A stretch of 47,674 nucleotides of DNA from a virus, in IMG/VR virus record IMGVR_UViG_3300037589_000077, positions 1 through 47,674 of that record; one strand, written 5' to 3'. Each line of letters opens with the position of its first letter. Position 1 is the stretch's first letter. Below the pieces are notes generated by a model. It searched no databases, had not been told where the DNA came from, and was given only the letters and a program-made list of their open reading frames with translations. Below are positions 9,071-18,026 of this stretch, piece after piece. The translations under genes were made by a program, and so were the position numbers.

Positions 9071-9496
9071 ATGGCAGGCGAGAACTTCAGCGCCGTCGAC
9101 CTCAACGTCATCTACTTCGAGGAGTTCCCCACGGTGCTCTTCACGAGCAAGGAGGGCGGCGGCACCACCAACGAGAACTCCCAGATCTTCCCCGGGGGCA
9201 GGGGCGCGCCGGTCAACGTCAACGGCCCGTCGACCGTCGAGGCCGTCACGGTCACCAAGCCCCATGACCCCGTCGCCGACGCGCCGCTGTACGCGTGGGT
9301 GCGTGCCTGGGACGCGGGCGTGCGCCGCGAGCTTACGCTCGTCGTCCAGCCGGTGACCGCCGTGGGTGTGCCCAGCGGCCCGCCCCAGCGCTACGTCGGG
9401 TGCGCCAAGACGACCTTCACGCCGCCGTCGGCCACGCGCGGGAGCGCCGAGGTCGCCATGGTCTCGCTCGTCGTCCAGCCGCGCCGCCTCGTCTGA
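9071..9496 (+). CDS. tail tube protein
   Basis: 141 aa directly after the sheath gene. RBS AGGAG upstream. Confidence 0.7.
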   Translation: MAGENFSAVDLNVIYFEEFPTVLFTSKEGGGTTNENSQIFPGGRGAPVNVNGPSTVEAVTVTKPHDPVADAPLYAWVRAWDAGVRRELTLVVQPVTAVGVPSGPPQRYVGCAKTTFTPPSATRGSAEVAMVSLVVQPRRLV

Positions 9497-9554
9497 GGGC
9501 GCCCGGCGCGCCCTCCTCCCCCTTCACCTCCCCCATCCCTCGAGCACGCAGACC

Positions 9555-10007
9555 ATGAACGAGAACCTCCACACCTTCGAGCTCGCGCGCGGGTACATCG
9601 ACCCGCAGACCGGCAAGGCGCACCGCAAGGTCACGATCCGCGCGCCGCTGATCGACGACGAGATCAAGGCCGACGCCGCGGTCGCGCTTGCCGGCGCGGC
9701 CGGGGTCGTCAACGTCTCGGCCGAGAGCGCGAGCCGCGCGCTCTGGGAACTCCACTTCGCCGCCCAGTGCATCATCTCGCTCGGCGAGATCCGCGAGGTC
9801 TCGGTGGCCAAGCACCTGCGTAGCCTCCCGCGCAAGGACGCCAAGACGATCGTCGCCGAGGTCAGTGGCTTCGAGAGGCGCCTCGAGATCAAGGCCATCG
9901 AGGCCGCCAAGGCCGAGGAGGCCGACGACCCTGAGGGAAAGGGGATGGGCGCCTCGCCGAACGCGCCAAGCTCCTCGTCTGGCGAGACGCCATCGGGTGC
10001 GAGCTGA
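9555..10007 (+). CDS. tail assembly chaperone (gpG analogue, zero-frame product)
   Basis: ATG at 9555. 150 aa located between the tube and the tape measure. Contains the slippery heptamer near its 3' end. Confidence 0.7.
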   Translation: MNENLHTFELARGYIDPQTGKAHRKVTIRAPLIDDEIKADAAVALAGAAGVVNVSAESASRALWELHFAAQCIISLGEIREVSVAKHLRSLPRKDAKTIVAEVSGFERRLEIKAIEAAKAEEADDPEGKGMGASPNAPSSSSGETPSGAS

Positions 10008-10105
10008 GCGAGCTCGCGTCGATGACCAAGGCGGACGCGTACACGTGGTACCGCGCCGCGCTGCTGCGCAACCGATGGTACAGGGAGATGAAGACACGTG
10101 AGTGA
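9555..10105 (+). CDS. tail assembly chaperone, -1 frameshift-extended product (gpGT analogue; shift at 9935..9941)
   Basis: After G_GGA_AAG the -1 frame stays open for 55 codons (GDGRLAERAKLLVWRDAIGCELSELASMTKADAYTWYRAALLRNRWYREMKTRE). It ends at TGA 10103..10105, overlapping the tape-measure start. Confidence 0.6.
9935..9941 (+). promoter_or_regulatory. programmed -1 ribosomal frameshift slippery heptamer G_GGA_AAG
   Basis: The heptamer is in the correct X_XXY_YYZ phase relative to the 9555 frame (codons gag-gga-aag at 9933..9941). It is identical to the lambda G/GT slippery sequence. Confidence 0.65.
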
Positions 10106-12176
10106 AGCCGAACTTAGGATCAAGCCCGTCCTCGCGGGCGTGGGGTCGTGGCGTCGCGGGATCAGCGGCCTCAAGGGCGACACGCGCGCGCTCGGGCGCA
10201 CCCAGGTCTCCGAGCTCGCGCGGGGGCGCCGGGAGGCTGCGCGCCTCGAGGGCAGCTTCGATCGGGTCGGGCGCTCGGCGCGCTCGATCGGGGACGGCCT
10301 GAAGTCGAGCCTCGGGCAGCTCGCCTCCCTGAAGACGCTCGCCGCCGGCTTCGTCGTCGGCGGCGCGGGCAAGACGATCGTCGACGGGCTGATCGGCTCG
10401 AACGCCAAGCTCGAGGCCCAGAAGATCACGTTCAACACGCTCGTGGGCGACGCCGACAAGGCCGCCGCCCTCCTCGCGCGCGTCCGTCGATACGCCGCCG
10501 AGACGCCGTTTCAGCAGGACGACTTGATCGAGGGGAGTAAGGCGCTCCTGCGTCTGACCGGGGAGAACGCCGACGAGAACATGAGGCTGCTCGAGATCGC
10601 GGGGAAGTTCGCCGCGATCAACCCTACGAAGTCCGTGGGCGACGCCGTCGAGGCTCTGCTCGACGCCGAAGGGCTCGAGTTCGAGCGTCTCAAGGAGTTC
10701 GGGATCAAGCTCAAGAAGGAGGACATTCAAAAGTACAAGGAGAGCGGAAAGACCCTGGGCGACGCCGCGCTCAAGGCCGTCGAGGCCGCGCTGACCAAAC
10801 AGACCGGCGGGCGCGACCCGGTGACCGCGCTCAGCAAGTCCTTCAACGGCAAGCTCTCGACGTTCAAGGACCAGTTCAAGGAGTTCGTGCGCAAGGGCGG
10901 CGAGCCCGCCTTCGAGGTCTTGAAGGACGGCATGGACGAGGTCGGCGAGGCGTTCGGCGAGCTCGGCGCCGACCCGGCCTTCAAGAAGGACATGGAGGAG
11001 CTGGCCGGGTACTCCGTCGAGATCGCCAAGGCCAGCGTCAGGCTCGCCAAGGAGTTCCCCGGCTTCGTGCGCGACCTGCGCAAGTTCGGCGAGGAGTACG
11101 GCGACGTCATCAAGGTCGTGGGCGGCGGCCTGCTCGTGAACAAGCTCACGGGCGGGGCCGCCGGGCGCCTGGCCGTCCAGGGCGGCGGCGCGCTGCTCGG
11201 TGGCACCATGCGCCTGGGCTCGCGTGTGCTGTTCGGCAAGAAGGGCGGGCGCATGGGCCGGGGTGGAGGGGCGCTCGGCCAGGGCATCGGCGCCGCCGGC
11301 GCGATGCCCGTCTACGTCGTGAACATGGGCGAGATGGGGGGCATGGCTGGCGACCTCTTGGGTGAAGCGGCCGAGCTGGGGTTGAAGACCTTGGTCGGCG
11401 CGGGGAGCGCCAAGGGAGCAGGCGTGGCGATGGGGTCCTACGGGATCAGCGGCTCGGGGCTCGTGGGCGTCGCTGGTGCGGGCCTGGCCGCGGGAGTGGG
11501 CGCAGGTCTGGCCACCACCGCCGCGGTGGGCTACGGCGGCTGGCAGGTCGCCCAGGCGACCGACAAGTTCAACAAGCACTTCGAGGCGCGCGCCAAGGCG
11601 GCCCAGGACGAGACGGATTGGTACAACGGCATGCGCAACTCCATGGCCTTCAAGGAGTTCACGCGCACGGTCGACCAGCAGAAGCAGGACTTCCGGCGCG
11701 ACGAGATCCGCAGCGCCGAGACCAGCCTGTTGTTCAAGGGTGGGCGCGGAGGCGGCGCGGCCGGGGCGCGCTACCGGCTCGAGAACGCCTTCCAGATGAT
11801 CGACCCATCCAACGTCTTCGAGCAGCGCGCCTTCGTCGCCCAGACCAACAACCGCCTGCGCAGCCAGGGCATCGAGGTCGACTTCGACGAGGACGGGACG
11901 CTGCTGGCCAGCGCGCTCGAGGGCGCGGGGGCGAGCGGGCGCAGGGCTGCGCGTGAGCTCGCCGAGGCCGGCTCGCTGCGACCGCAGGACTACCAGGAGT
12001 TCCAGCGCATGCCCACGGCCGAGGAGATCGGGCAGAACGTCAAGAGGGCGATGGACGGCGTGCTCTCCACGCTCGGGGTGACGGTCGTCGTCCAGGGCAA
12101 CGTGGACGCTGGCGGCGTCGGGGCCATCGAGGAGGGCGTGGGGCGCGCGCTCGAGCGCAACAGGAGCCGGTCGTGA
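10098..12176 (+). CDS. tail tape measure protein
   Basis: 692 aa. N-terminal tape-measure signature (TFNTLVGDADKAAALLARVRRYAAETPFQQDDLIEGSKALL), Gly/Ala-rich hydrophobic centre, canonical position. Confidence 0.85.
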   Translation: MSEAELRIKPVLAGVGSWRRGISGLKGDTRALGRTQVSELARGRREAARLEGSFDRVGRSARSIGDGLKSSLGQLASLKTLAAGFVVGGAGKTIVDGLIGSNAKLEAQKITFNTLVGDADKAAALLARVRRYAAETPFQQDDLIEGSKALLRLTGENADENMRLLEIAGKFAAINPTKSVGDAVEALLDAEGLEFERLKEFGIKLKKEDIQKYKESGKTLGDAALKAVEAALTKQTGGRDPVTALSKSFNGKLSTFKDQFKEFVRKGGEPAFEVLKDGMDEVGEAFGELGADPAFKKDMEELAGYSVEIAKASVRLAKEFPGFVRDLRKFGEEYGDVIKVVGGGLLVNKLTGGAAGRLAVQGGGALLGGTMRLGSRVLFGKKGGRMGRGGGALGQGIGAAGAMPVYVVNMGEMGGMAGDLLGEAAELGLKTLVGAGSAKGAGVAMGSYGISGSGLVGVAGAGLAAGVGAGLATTAAVGYGGWQVAQATDKFNKHFEARAKAAQDETDWYNGMRNSMAFKEFTRTVDQQKQDFRRDEIRSAETSLLFKGGRGGGAAGARYRLENAFQMIDPSNVFEQRAFVAQTNNRLRSQGIEVDFDEDGTLLASALEGAGASGRRAARELAEAGSLRPQDYQEFQRMPTAEEIGQNVKRAMDGVLSTLGVTVVVQGNVDAGGVGAIEEGVGRALERNRSRS

Positions 12177-13168
12177 TCGTGAGCGTGGACATCGGCGGCG
12201 CGATCTTCGCGCGCGGGGACGTGCGCCTGATCTCGGGTCAGGTCGTGCGCGAGCGCGGCAAGAAGAAGTCCTCGTCGGCGGCCTTCGGGTTCGCCGACCC
12301 CGACGGCGAGTTGTTCGCCACGCTGCCCGCGCTCGAGCGCGCCGAACCGCTGCCGGTCTCGGTGCGTGTCGGTCCGACCCCGGCCACGCTCACCACGATC
12401 TTCAACGGCCGCGCGAGCTCGATGGGTTGGAGCTGGGCGCCCGGTCGCCTCTCGCTCCACTCCGTCGACAGGTCGCGCGCGTCCAGGCGCCGGCGTCGTA
12501 CGCGCACGCTCGCGCGCACCTCTCTGGGGGACCTGGCGCGCGAGCTCGCCGAGGCCGACGGCCTCACGCTCGAGACGATCGCGGCCGACCCGGAGGCACT
12601 CACGGGGTACGGCGCCGTGCTCCAGCACGCCGAGTCGGACTGGGACACGCTCGAGCGGGTGGCCGCCGCGCTCGGGCACGACGTCTTCGTCGACGGCGAC
12701 GTCCTCCACATCGCCCCGGTGTGGGCGGCCCAGGAGCCTTCGGCGCAGGGGGTCGTGATCCGTTCGGATTCCCCCGAGCTCGCGCGCCTCGACGTCTCGA
12801 TCACCGAGCCGCTACCCTCGACGACCGCGCGCCTGCTCGACGTGGACGGCGAGCAGAGCGGGGAGGACGAGGGCGAGGCCACCGAGCGGCTCTCGGCGCG
12901 CCGGCGCGTGGGCCTGAACCTGGGCGCGGAGGTCTCCCCGGCCGACCTCAAGGAGCTGGGGCGCCTGGCCATGAAGGGCCGCGCGCGCGTGACGAAGAGG
13001 GTCAAGGCGAGCGTGTCGCTCGAGGAGCTGCGCCCCGACATCTCCGAGCGCGAGGTCATCGCGCTGTCGGGGTTCGGCGCGCGCGTCGACGGGACGTGGA
13101 GGGCCGAGCGCGTCGCGTTCGACCTGGCCGGCCTGAACACGAAGCTCGCGCTCTTGAAGGTGGTGTGA
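12173..13168 (+). CDS. baseplate hub / late control gene D-like protein
   Basis: 331 aa. GTGA overlap with the tape-measure stop. Segment HAESDWDTLERVAAALGHDVFVDGDVLHI resembles the gpD / Mu P family. Positional support. Confidence 0.6.
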   Translation: MIVSVDIGGAIFARGDVRLISGQVVRERGKKKSSSAAFGFADPDGELFATLPALERAEPLPVSVRVGPTPATLTTIFNGRASSMGWSWAPGRLSLHSVDRSRASRRRRRTRTLARTSLGDLARELAEADGLTLETIAADPEALTGYGAVLQHAESDWDTLERVAAALGHDVFVDGDVLHIAPVWAAQEPSAQGVVIRSDSPELARLDVSITEPLPSTTARLLDVDGEQSGEDEGEATERLSARRRVGLNLGAEVSPADLKELGRLAMKGRARVTKRVKASVSLEELRPDISEREVIALSGFGARVDGTWRAERVAFDLAGLNTKLALLKVV

Positions 13169-13902
13169 TGCGCTGGACGCGTGAGGACATCGACGACCTG
13201 TACGACTTCATCGTGGGCGAGGTGCGCGAGGCCTTCGAGGGCGCCAGACTGCGCCGCTTCGGCGCCTACACCGCGCGCGCCACTGGCGTGGCGCGCACCT
13301 TCCGGCGTCTCCAGGTCTCGGCCGACTGGTACCCCGAGGGCGCGCTCGACTACGCCCGGCGCGTCGCCTCGCCCATCCTCGACGTCATCGCCACGGGCGA
13401 CACGTACATGGCCGTGACCTCGCACGACGGCGTGCCCGAGCTCCCGCTGGTACTCGGGCAGGTGTGGGACGAGCGCGTCAAGGCGATGACGGTGTGGGTG
13501 CGCGCCTACCTCGACGCCCACCCTGGGCGCCTCGAAGTCGGGGCGCTGAAGTCCCTGCTGCTGCGCGTGGGCACGGACTCGGGATGGGAGGGGGGCGAGG
13601 AGCGCGCCGCGATGCGTGAGGACGTCCCCGACGGCGCCGCGGTCATCGAGTCCGACGACGTGCGGCTGGGTGCGGTCGATGCCGCCGACTTCGTCGCGCT
13701 CGCCTCCAAGGTCGAGGCGGAGCTCGACGCACTGTGGACGGCCATGAACACGCACGTGCATACCAGCGCGGCGCCAGGCGTCCCCACGGGACCAGCCATC
13801 ACACCGCCCAGCGGCACGACGCCGCCTGCGCCGCCTTCGGGCGCGGGGGCGTTGCCATCGGGGGCTGGGGCTGTCGGAGCTACAAGGGTCAAGGCGAAGT
13901 GA
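13168..13902 (+). CDS. central spike / baseplate protein candidate
   Basis: ATG overlaps the upstream TGA (TGATG). C-terminal NTHVHTSAAPGVPTGP followed by a Pro/Gly-rich tail, reminiscent of spike-apex HxH motifs. Confidence 0.45.
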   Translation: MRWTREDIDDLYDFIVGEVREAFEGARLRRFGAYTARATGVARTFRRLQVSADWYPEGALDYARRVASPILDVIATGDTYMAVTSHDGVPELPLVLGQVWDERVKAMTVWVRAYLDAHPGRLEVGALKSLLLRVGTDSGWEGGEERAAMREDVPDGAAVIESDDVRLGAVDAADFVALASKVEAELDALWTAMNTHVHTSAAPGVPTGPAITPPSGTTPPAPPSGAGALPSGAGAVGATRVKAK

Positions 13903-13934
13903 GAGTGAAGAGGGCCCGGTGCGTAGGCGTTCGG

Positions 13935-13963
13935 TTGGTGTTAAAGTTCACCTTCAACACCAA
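13935..13963 (+). promoter_or_regulatory. hairpin / inverted repeat TTGGTGTT-N13-AACACCAA just upstream of the lipoprotein RBS
   Basis: Perfect 8-bp arms read from the sequence, located in the AT-richer spacer between the spike gene and the moron. Confidence 0.3.
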
Positions 13964-13978
13964 CCATACGGAGGGAAC

Positions 13979-14620
13979 GTGAAGCACTGGATGGCATTCA
14001 TTCTCATGCTGATGGCGCTCGTCGTCGGGTGCGAGTCGAGCATGGACAAGGCGAATCGGCAGGCTCGCGAGAAGCAGGCTCGTCAAGCGGATGAACTCCG
14101 AGAGTATGAGAGGCAACGCAAAGAGAAGCGCGCCAAGGAAGCATCCGAGAGGCGCCTCACTCCCAGCATCTATCCTGACATGGTGCCTGTCTTTAGGGGG
14201 GAACAGGCCGTGGAGGACTTCCTGAAGCGAAAAGGGGCCCTCCAGGGCAAGCTCTCGCTGAAGAAGGCGTACAAGGAGTATAGCCTCTATGTTTGGCCCA
14301 ATGGCTCCAGAATCGAGGCAGAAGGAGGCGGAGACATCGTCAAGGTCAAGCGTCGCGACCACGGCGTCAGTGACTATGAGTATGGGTATGTCCCTGCGAG
14401 CTGGGTCGTTGCCGCTCCCTACCCGAACGAGAAGGACATCGAGCGCATCGCCGAAGATGAGCGGATCAAGACCATGGAGTGGCTGGAGAAGCATGCGTCG
14501 GAGAAGAAGGGGCGCTCATGCTGCAAGTTTTGCGAGAACGGCAAGGCATGTGGCGACACCTGCATCCCACGCAATCGAACGTGCACCGATGGCCGTGGGT
14601 GTGCGTGCAATGCTTGGTGA
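13979..14620 (+). CDS. moron-encoded lipoprotein with a Cys-rich C-terminal motif
   Basis: GTG after GGAGGG. N-terminus VKHWMAFILMLMALVVGC is a signal peptide plus lipobox. Lys/Glu-rich body. C-terminus CCKFCENGKACGDTCIPRNRTCTDGRGCACNAW. Codon usage is visibly AT-richer than the flanks. Confidence 0.65.
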   Translation: MKHWMAFILMLMALVVGCESSMDKANRQAREKQARQADELREYERQRKEKRAKEASERRLTPSIYPDMVPVFRGEQAVEDFLKRKGALQGKLSLKKAYKEYSLYVWPNGSRIEAEGGGDIVKVKRRDHGVSDYEYGYVPASWVVAAPYPNEKDIERIAEDERIKTMEWLEKHASEKKGRSCCKFCENGKACGDTCIPRNRTCTDGRGCACNAW

Positions 14621-14685
14621 AGGCTGAGAACGCCGAGTTCCGGGCGATGCTCGAGCAGGCCTCCAACCCACCTCAAAGGAACCCC

Positions 14686-15171
14686 ATGACCATCTTCGTC
14701 ACCACAGCCGGCGTGCAGGCCACCGCGCGCCAGGGCTACCGGGTGACGCTCGCCTTCCACTTCGACCCCGTCCCCGAGCTCGTCACGCTGCTGCACAACC
14801 CCGAGGGGTGGACCCACGAGCGGACCGCGAAGTGGCAGCCGCGCGGCGCGCCCGGTGTGGAGCGTGACGCGCTCGACTGGACGGGCAACGAGCCTGCGCG
14901 CCTCTCCTTCGACTTCCTGACCACGAGCGAGGACACCGGCCGCCTCGAGGACCAGGTGCTGCGCCCGCTCGAGCGCCTGCCCTTCGAGGTGCGTCGCCCG
15001 TTGCTCGAGCCGCCCCAGGTCACCGTCCAGTTCGGCGCCCACGGCTACCGCGGGAGCATCTCGAGCGTGTCGGTCAACCGCGTGCGCACCGACGCCGCGG
15101 GCCTGGCGCGCGTGGCGCAGGTCTCGGTCCAGATGATGGCGAACGCCAAGATCGTGCGAGGTCCGCAGTGA
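14686..15171 (+). CDS. baseplate / tube-initiator-like tail protein (candidate)
   Basis: ATG 5 nt after AAAGGA. Motif PPQVTVQFGAHGYRGSISSVSVNRVRTDAAGLARVAQVSVQM resembles tube-fold baseplate proteins of contractile systems. Confidence 0.5.
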   Translation: MTIFVTTAGVQATARQGYRVTLAFHFDPVPELVTLLHNPEGWTHERTAKWQPRGAPGVERDALDWTGNEPARLSFDFLTTSEDTGRLEDQVLRPLERLPFEVRRPLLEPPQVTVQFGAHGYRGSISSVSVNRVRTDAAGLARVAQVSVQMMANAKIVRGPQ

Positions 15172-15782
15172 GCCAGTCCGAGTCCCCCTTCGACCGCCTG
15201 GGCGCGCGCGCCGACTCGCGCCCCCAGCGCGCCCGCGCGCTCACCGGCGGCGAGACCGCGTTCCGGCTCGCGCACGAGGAGCTGGGCGAGTGGAGGGTGT
15301 GGCGCGAGCTGCTCGAGTTCAACGCCATCGACGACCCCTTCGACCTCCAGGGCCGCACCCACTCCTCGGCCGAGCGCATGACCGTGGAGTTCGGGCTCGT
15401 CGAGGGCGACGGCGCCGACGACGTCGACCTCGCCGCCGAGCTCGGCCAGGGCGTCCGCCTCGTCTGGGCGACGCCCGAGCTCGAAGGCCGCGGCGAGCTG
15501 CTCGTCACCGATACTGCCTTCGGAGCCTACACGCTCGCGTTCCGCGCGCCCGGTGAAGACGCCGCCGGCGCTGCGCTCGCGGTGGTGGACGCCGACCTCG
15601 AGGAGGCCGACGGCTCGGCGCGCGCGTGGCGCGGGCTGCTCACGAGCCAGTCTGGGCGTTACGCCGTCGACCTCGAGGTGAGCCCCGAAGCCTGGCTCAT
15701 CCTGTGGCTCGCGCGCTGCGTGCCCGTGGTGTTCGCGCCCGAGCGCGCCCGCTCCGAGCTGCTCGTTCCCGAGCTGACCTGA
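15168..15782 (+). CDS. baseplate-module protein with a LysM/gpX-like N-terminus
   Basis: GTGA overlap with the upstream stop. TGGETAFRLAHEELGEWRVWRELLEFNAIDDPFDL resembles tail protein X / LysM. Confidence 0.5.
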   Translation: MSQSESPFDRLGARADSRPQRARALTGGETAFRLAHEELGEWRVWRELLEFNAIDDPFDLQGRTHSSAERMTVEFGLVEGDGADDVDLAAELGQGVRLVWATPELEGRGELLVTDTAFGAYTLAFRAPGEDAAGAALAVVDADLEEADGSARAWRGLLTSQSGRYAVDLEVSPEAWLILWLARCVPVVFAPERARSELLVPELT

Positions 15783-15807
15783 CCTCCCCACGATCCCAAG
15801 GGACCCC

Positions 15808-16188
15808 ATGACCACAGGCACCTACGGCGCCGGGCTCGAGCGCCCGGCGCGCGCGACCGGTGCGGGCAGGCTCGCGCTAACGGGCGGCGAGGAGCGCGTG
15901 TGGGAGTCCGTCGCCGAGATCCTGGCCACGCCGCTGGGGTCGTGTCCGCTCGACCCGACGTTCGGCGCCGCGATCGAGCTGCTCGACCCGGTGTCCAACG
16001 TCGAGCGCCTGGCGTGGGCGGTCGGCCAGGCCATCGAGTCGTGCGAGCCGCGCGTGCGCGACGTCTACGTCAACGTGCTGCCCGACGCCGGCGGGACCGA
16101 CGGCGACGTCGCCATGCAGATCGGCCTGGTCTTGAACGACGGGCGCACCCGCCTCAACCGCATCTTCCCCTTCTACCGCAAGGTCTGA
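15808..16188 (+). CDS. baseplate wedge protein, gp25 / GpW family
   Basis: 126 aa. TPLGSCPLDPTFGAAIELLDP and CEPRV motifs are typical of GPW_gp25. Confidence 0.85.
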   Translation: MTTGTYGAGLERPARATGAGRLALTGGEERVWESVAEILATPLGSCPLDPTFGAAIELLDPVSNVERLAWAVGQAIESCEPRVRDVYVNVLPDAGGTDGDVAMQIGLVLNDGRTRLNRIFPFYRKV

Positions 16189-16195
16189 GGTACAC

Positions 16196-17425
16196 ATGTC
16201 CATCGCCCTGCCCGAGCTCGACGCGCGCGACGAGGACGAGGTCGTCGCCGACGTGGTCGACGCGCTGCCTGACGAGCTCACCGACCGCAACCGCTCCTCG
16301 CTCGCGGTCAAGCTCGTCGAGGCCATCGGCGCCTACTACGCCAAGCTCCTCTTCGCGATGGCGCAGATTCCCGACCAGCTCGAGCTCAAGCTGCTCGAGC
16401 TGCTGGGCATCACGCCACAGGCCGCCACGTCGGCGACGGTGACGGTGACGTTGACGACGGGCGGGGGCTCGGGCGCGGTGACCGTGCCTTCCGGGACGCT
16501 GGTGCGCGCGGGGGTGGGCGAGGAGGCCGTGACGTTTGCGACCGACGCCGACGTCGAGGTCCCGGGCGCCGGAGGCACGGCCGACGTGGCGGCCACCGCG
16601 CTCGTCGCCGGCGCGGCCGGGAACGTCGGGGCGGCGAGCATCGACACCCTGGTCACACCGGTCGCAGGGATCGCCTCGGTGACGAACGCCGCGGGCGCCT
16701 CGGGAGGCCAGGACGTCGAGCTCATCGCCCAGACGCGTGCGCGCGCCGCGCTCGAGGTGCGCGCGCAGCAGCGCGTGGTGACCGCCGAGGACGCCGAGGT
16801 CTTCGCCGCCGGCGTCGCCGGGGTGGCCAGGGCGCGCGCGATCGGCAACACCTACACCGACGGCGTCTCGGGGCTCACACTCGGCGCCGGGTCGATGACC
16901 GTGGGGATCGTCGCCGAAGACCTCAACGAGTCGGCCTCGTCCGCGCTCGTCGAGGCGGTTGGCGTCGAGCTCGTCGCGCGCGCCTTCCCGGGGGTGAACT
17001 TCTCCGTCTTCCAGCCCACCGTGCGCCTGGTGTGGATCTCGTACGTCCAGGCCGAGCTGCTGCCCGGCGTGGACGAGGCCGACGTGCAGGCGGCCATGGT
17101 CGACGCGCTCGAGCTGTACCTGAGCGCCACCGACGTCTTCGACGCCGACGGGGTGACGCTGCTCGGGGAGGGCTGGCGCTGGGGTGAGCCGATGTACCGC
17201 AACGAGATCATCAGCCTGCTCGACCGCGTCGAGGGCGTGCGCCGCATCGTCGCGGCGACCTACTACATCAGCGACGACTACGGCGCCGACTGGGGGACCC
17301 CGTTCGCGCTCTCGGCCGACGTGGCCGCCGGCGCGGGGTCGGCCGACCTCGTGGGGAACTTCGGGCTGCTCCACCTGGGCACCGAGTACTCCCCGCCCGG
17401 CGCGCTCACGCTCGACGTCGTCTGA
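16196..17425 (+). CDS. baseplate J-like protein (gp6/gpJ)
   Basis: 409 aa. ATVTVTLTT...VTVPSGTLVRAG...ADVAATALVAGAAGNVGAASIDTLV...IASVTNAAGASGGQDVE. Confidence 0.85.
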   Translation: MSIALPELDARDEDEVVADVVDALPDELTDRNRSSLAVKLVEAIGAYYAKLLFAMAQIPDQLELKLLELLGITPQAATSATVTVTLTTGGGSGAVTVPSGTLVRAGVGEEAVTFATDADVEVPGAGGTADVAATALVAGAAGNVGAASIDTLVTPVAGIASVTNAAGASGGQDVELIAQTRARAALEVRAQQRVVTAEDAEVFAAGVAGVARARAIGNTYTDGVSGLTLGAGSMTVGIVAEDLNESASSALVEAVGVELVARAFPGVNFSVFQPTVRLVWISYVQAELLPGVDEADVQAAMVDALELYLSATDVFDADGVTLLGEGWRWGEPMYRNEIISLLDRVEGVRRIVAATYYISDDYGADWGTPFALSADVAAGAGSADLVGNFGLLHLGTEYSPPGALTLDVV

Positions 17426-17460
17426 CCCTCCACACCCCCCGCTCATCCCCCGAGGACACC

Positions 17461-17991
17461 ATGACCCGGCTCGCCGACTACGCGCCGCGCCACTGGCGCG
17501 CGCGCGCGCTCGAGTACGCCTTGCTCGTGGCGCTGGGCGCGTCGCTGGACACCTGGCGCACGCTGATCGCCACGCGCCACCGCTACGTCGACCCGGCCGC
17601 GGCCCCCGTCGACTGGCTCGACTGGCTCATGCGCGTGGCCTCGCTGCCCCGCCAGGACGGGCTGACCGAGCGTCGCAAGCGCAACCTCGTGGCGATCGCG
17701 CACACGCTGTGGCCGATGAAGGGGACGAGGGAGGGCATCGAGCTGTACGTGCGCGCGCTCGTGGGCGTGGAGGCCACGGCGCGCTCCATCGTGACGACGC
17801 CGTTCATCGCCGGCGTCGCGCTCGCCGGCGACGCGCTCGGCGGCGCCTACCCCTGGCGCTACGAGGTCGTGATCCCGCCGGGGTCGATCGACGTCGACGA
17901 ACTGCGCGACCTGCTCGTCCCCGTCGTCCCCGCCTACATGGAGTACCGGATCGTCGACACCGACGACGTCGTCCTGTCCGACTTCGCCTGA
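17461..17991 (+). CDS. tail protein I-like baseplate protein (P2 gpI family)
   Basis: YVDPAAAPVDWLDWLMRVASLP motif. Follows the J-like gene. Confidence 0.75.
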   Translation: MTRLADYAPRHWRARALEYALLVALGASLDTWRTLIATRHRYVDPAAAPVDWLDWLMRVASLPRQDGLTERRKRNLVAIAHTLWPMKGTREGIELYVRALVGVEATARSIVTTPFIAGVALAGDALGGAYPWRYEVVIPPGSIDVDELRDLLVPVVPAYMEYRIVDTDDVVLSDFA

Positions 17992-18026
17992 CCGCACGCA
18001 CCCATCCCCTCGAGGAGGGCCCACCC

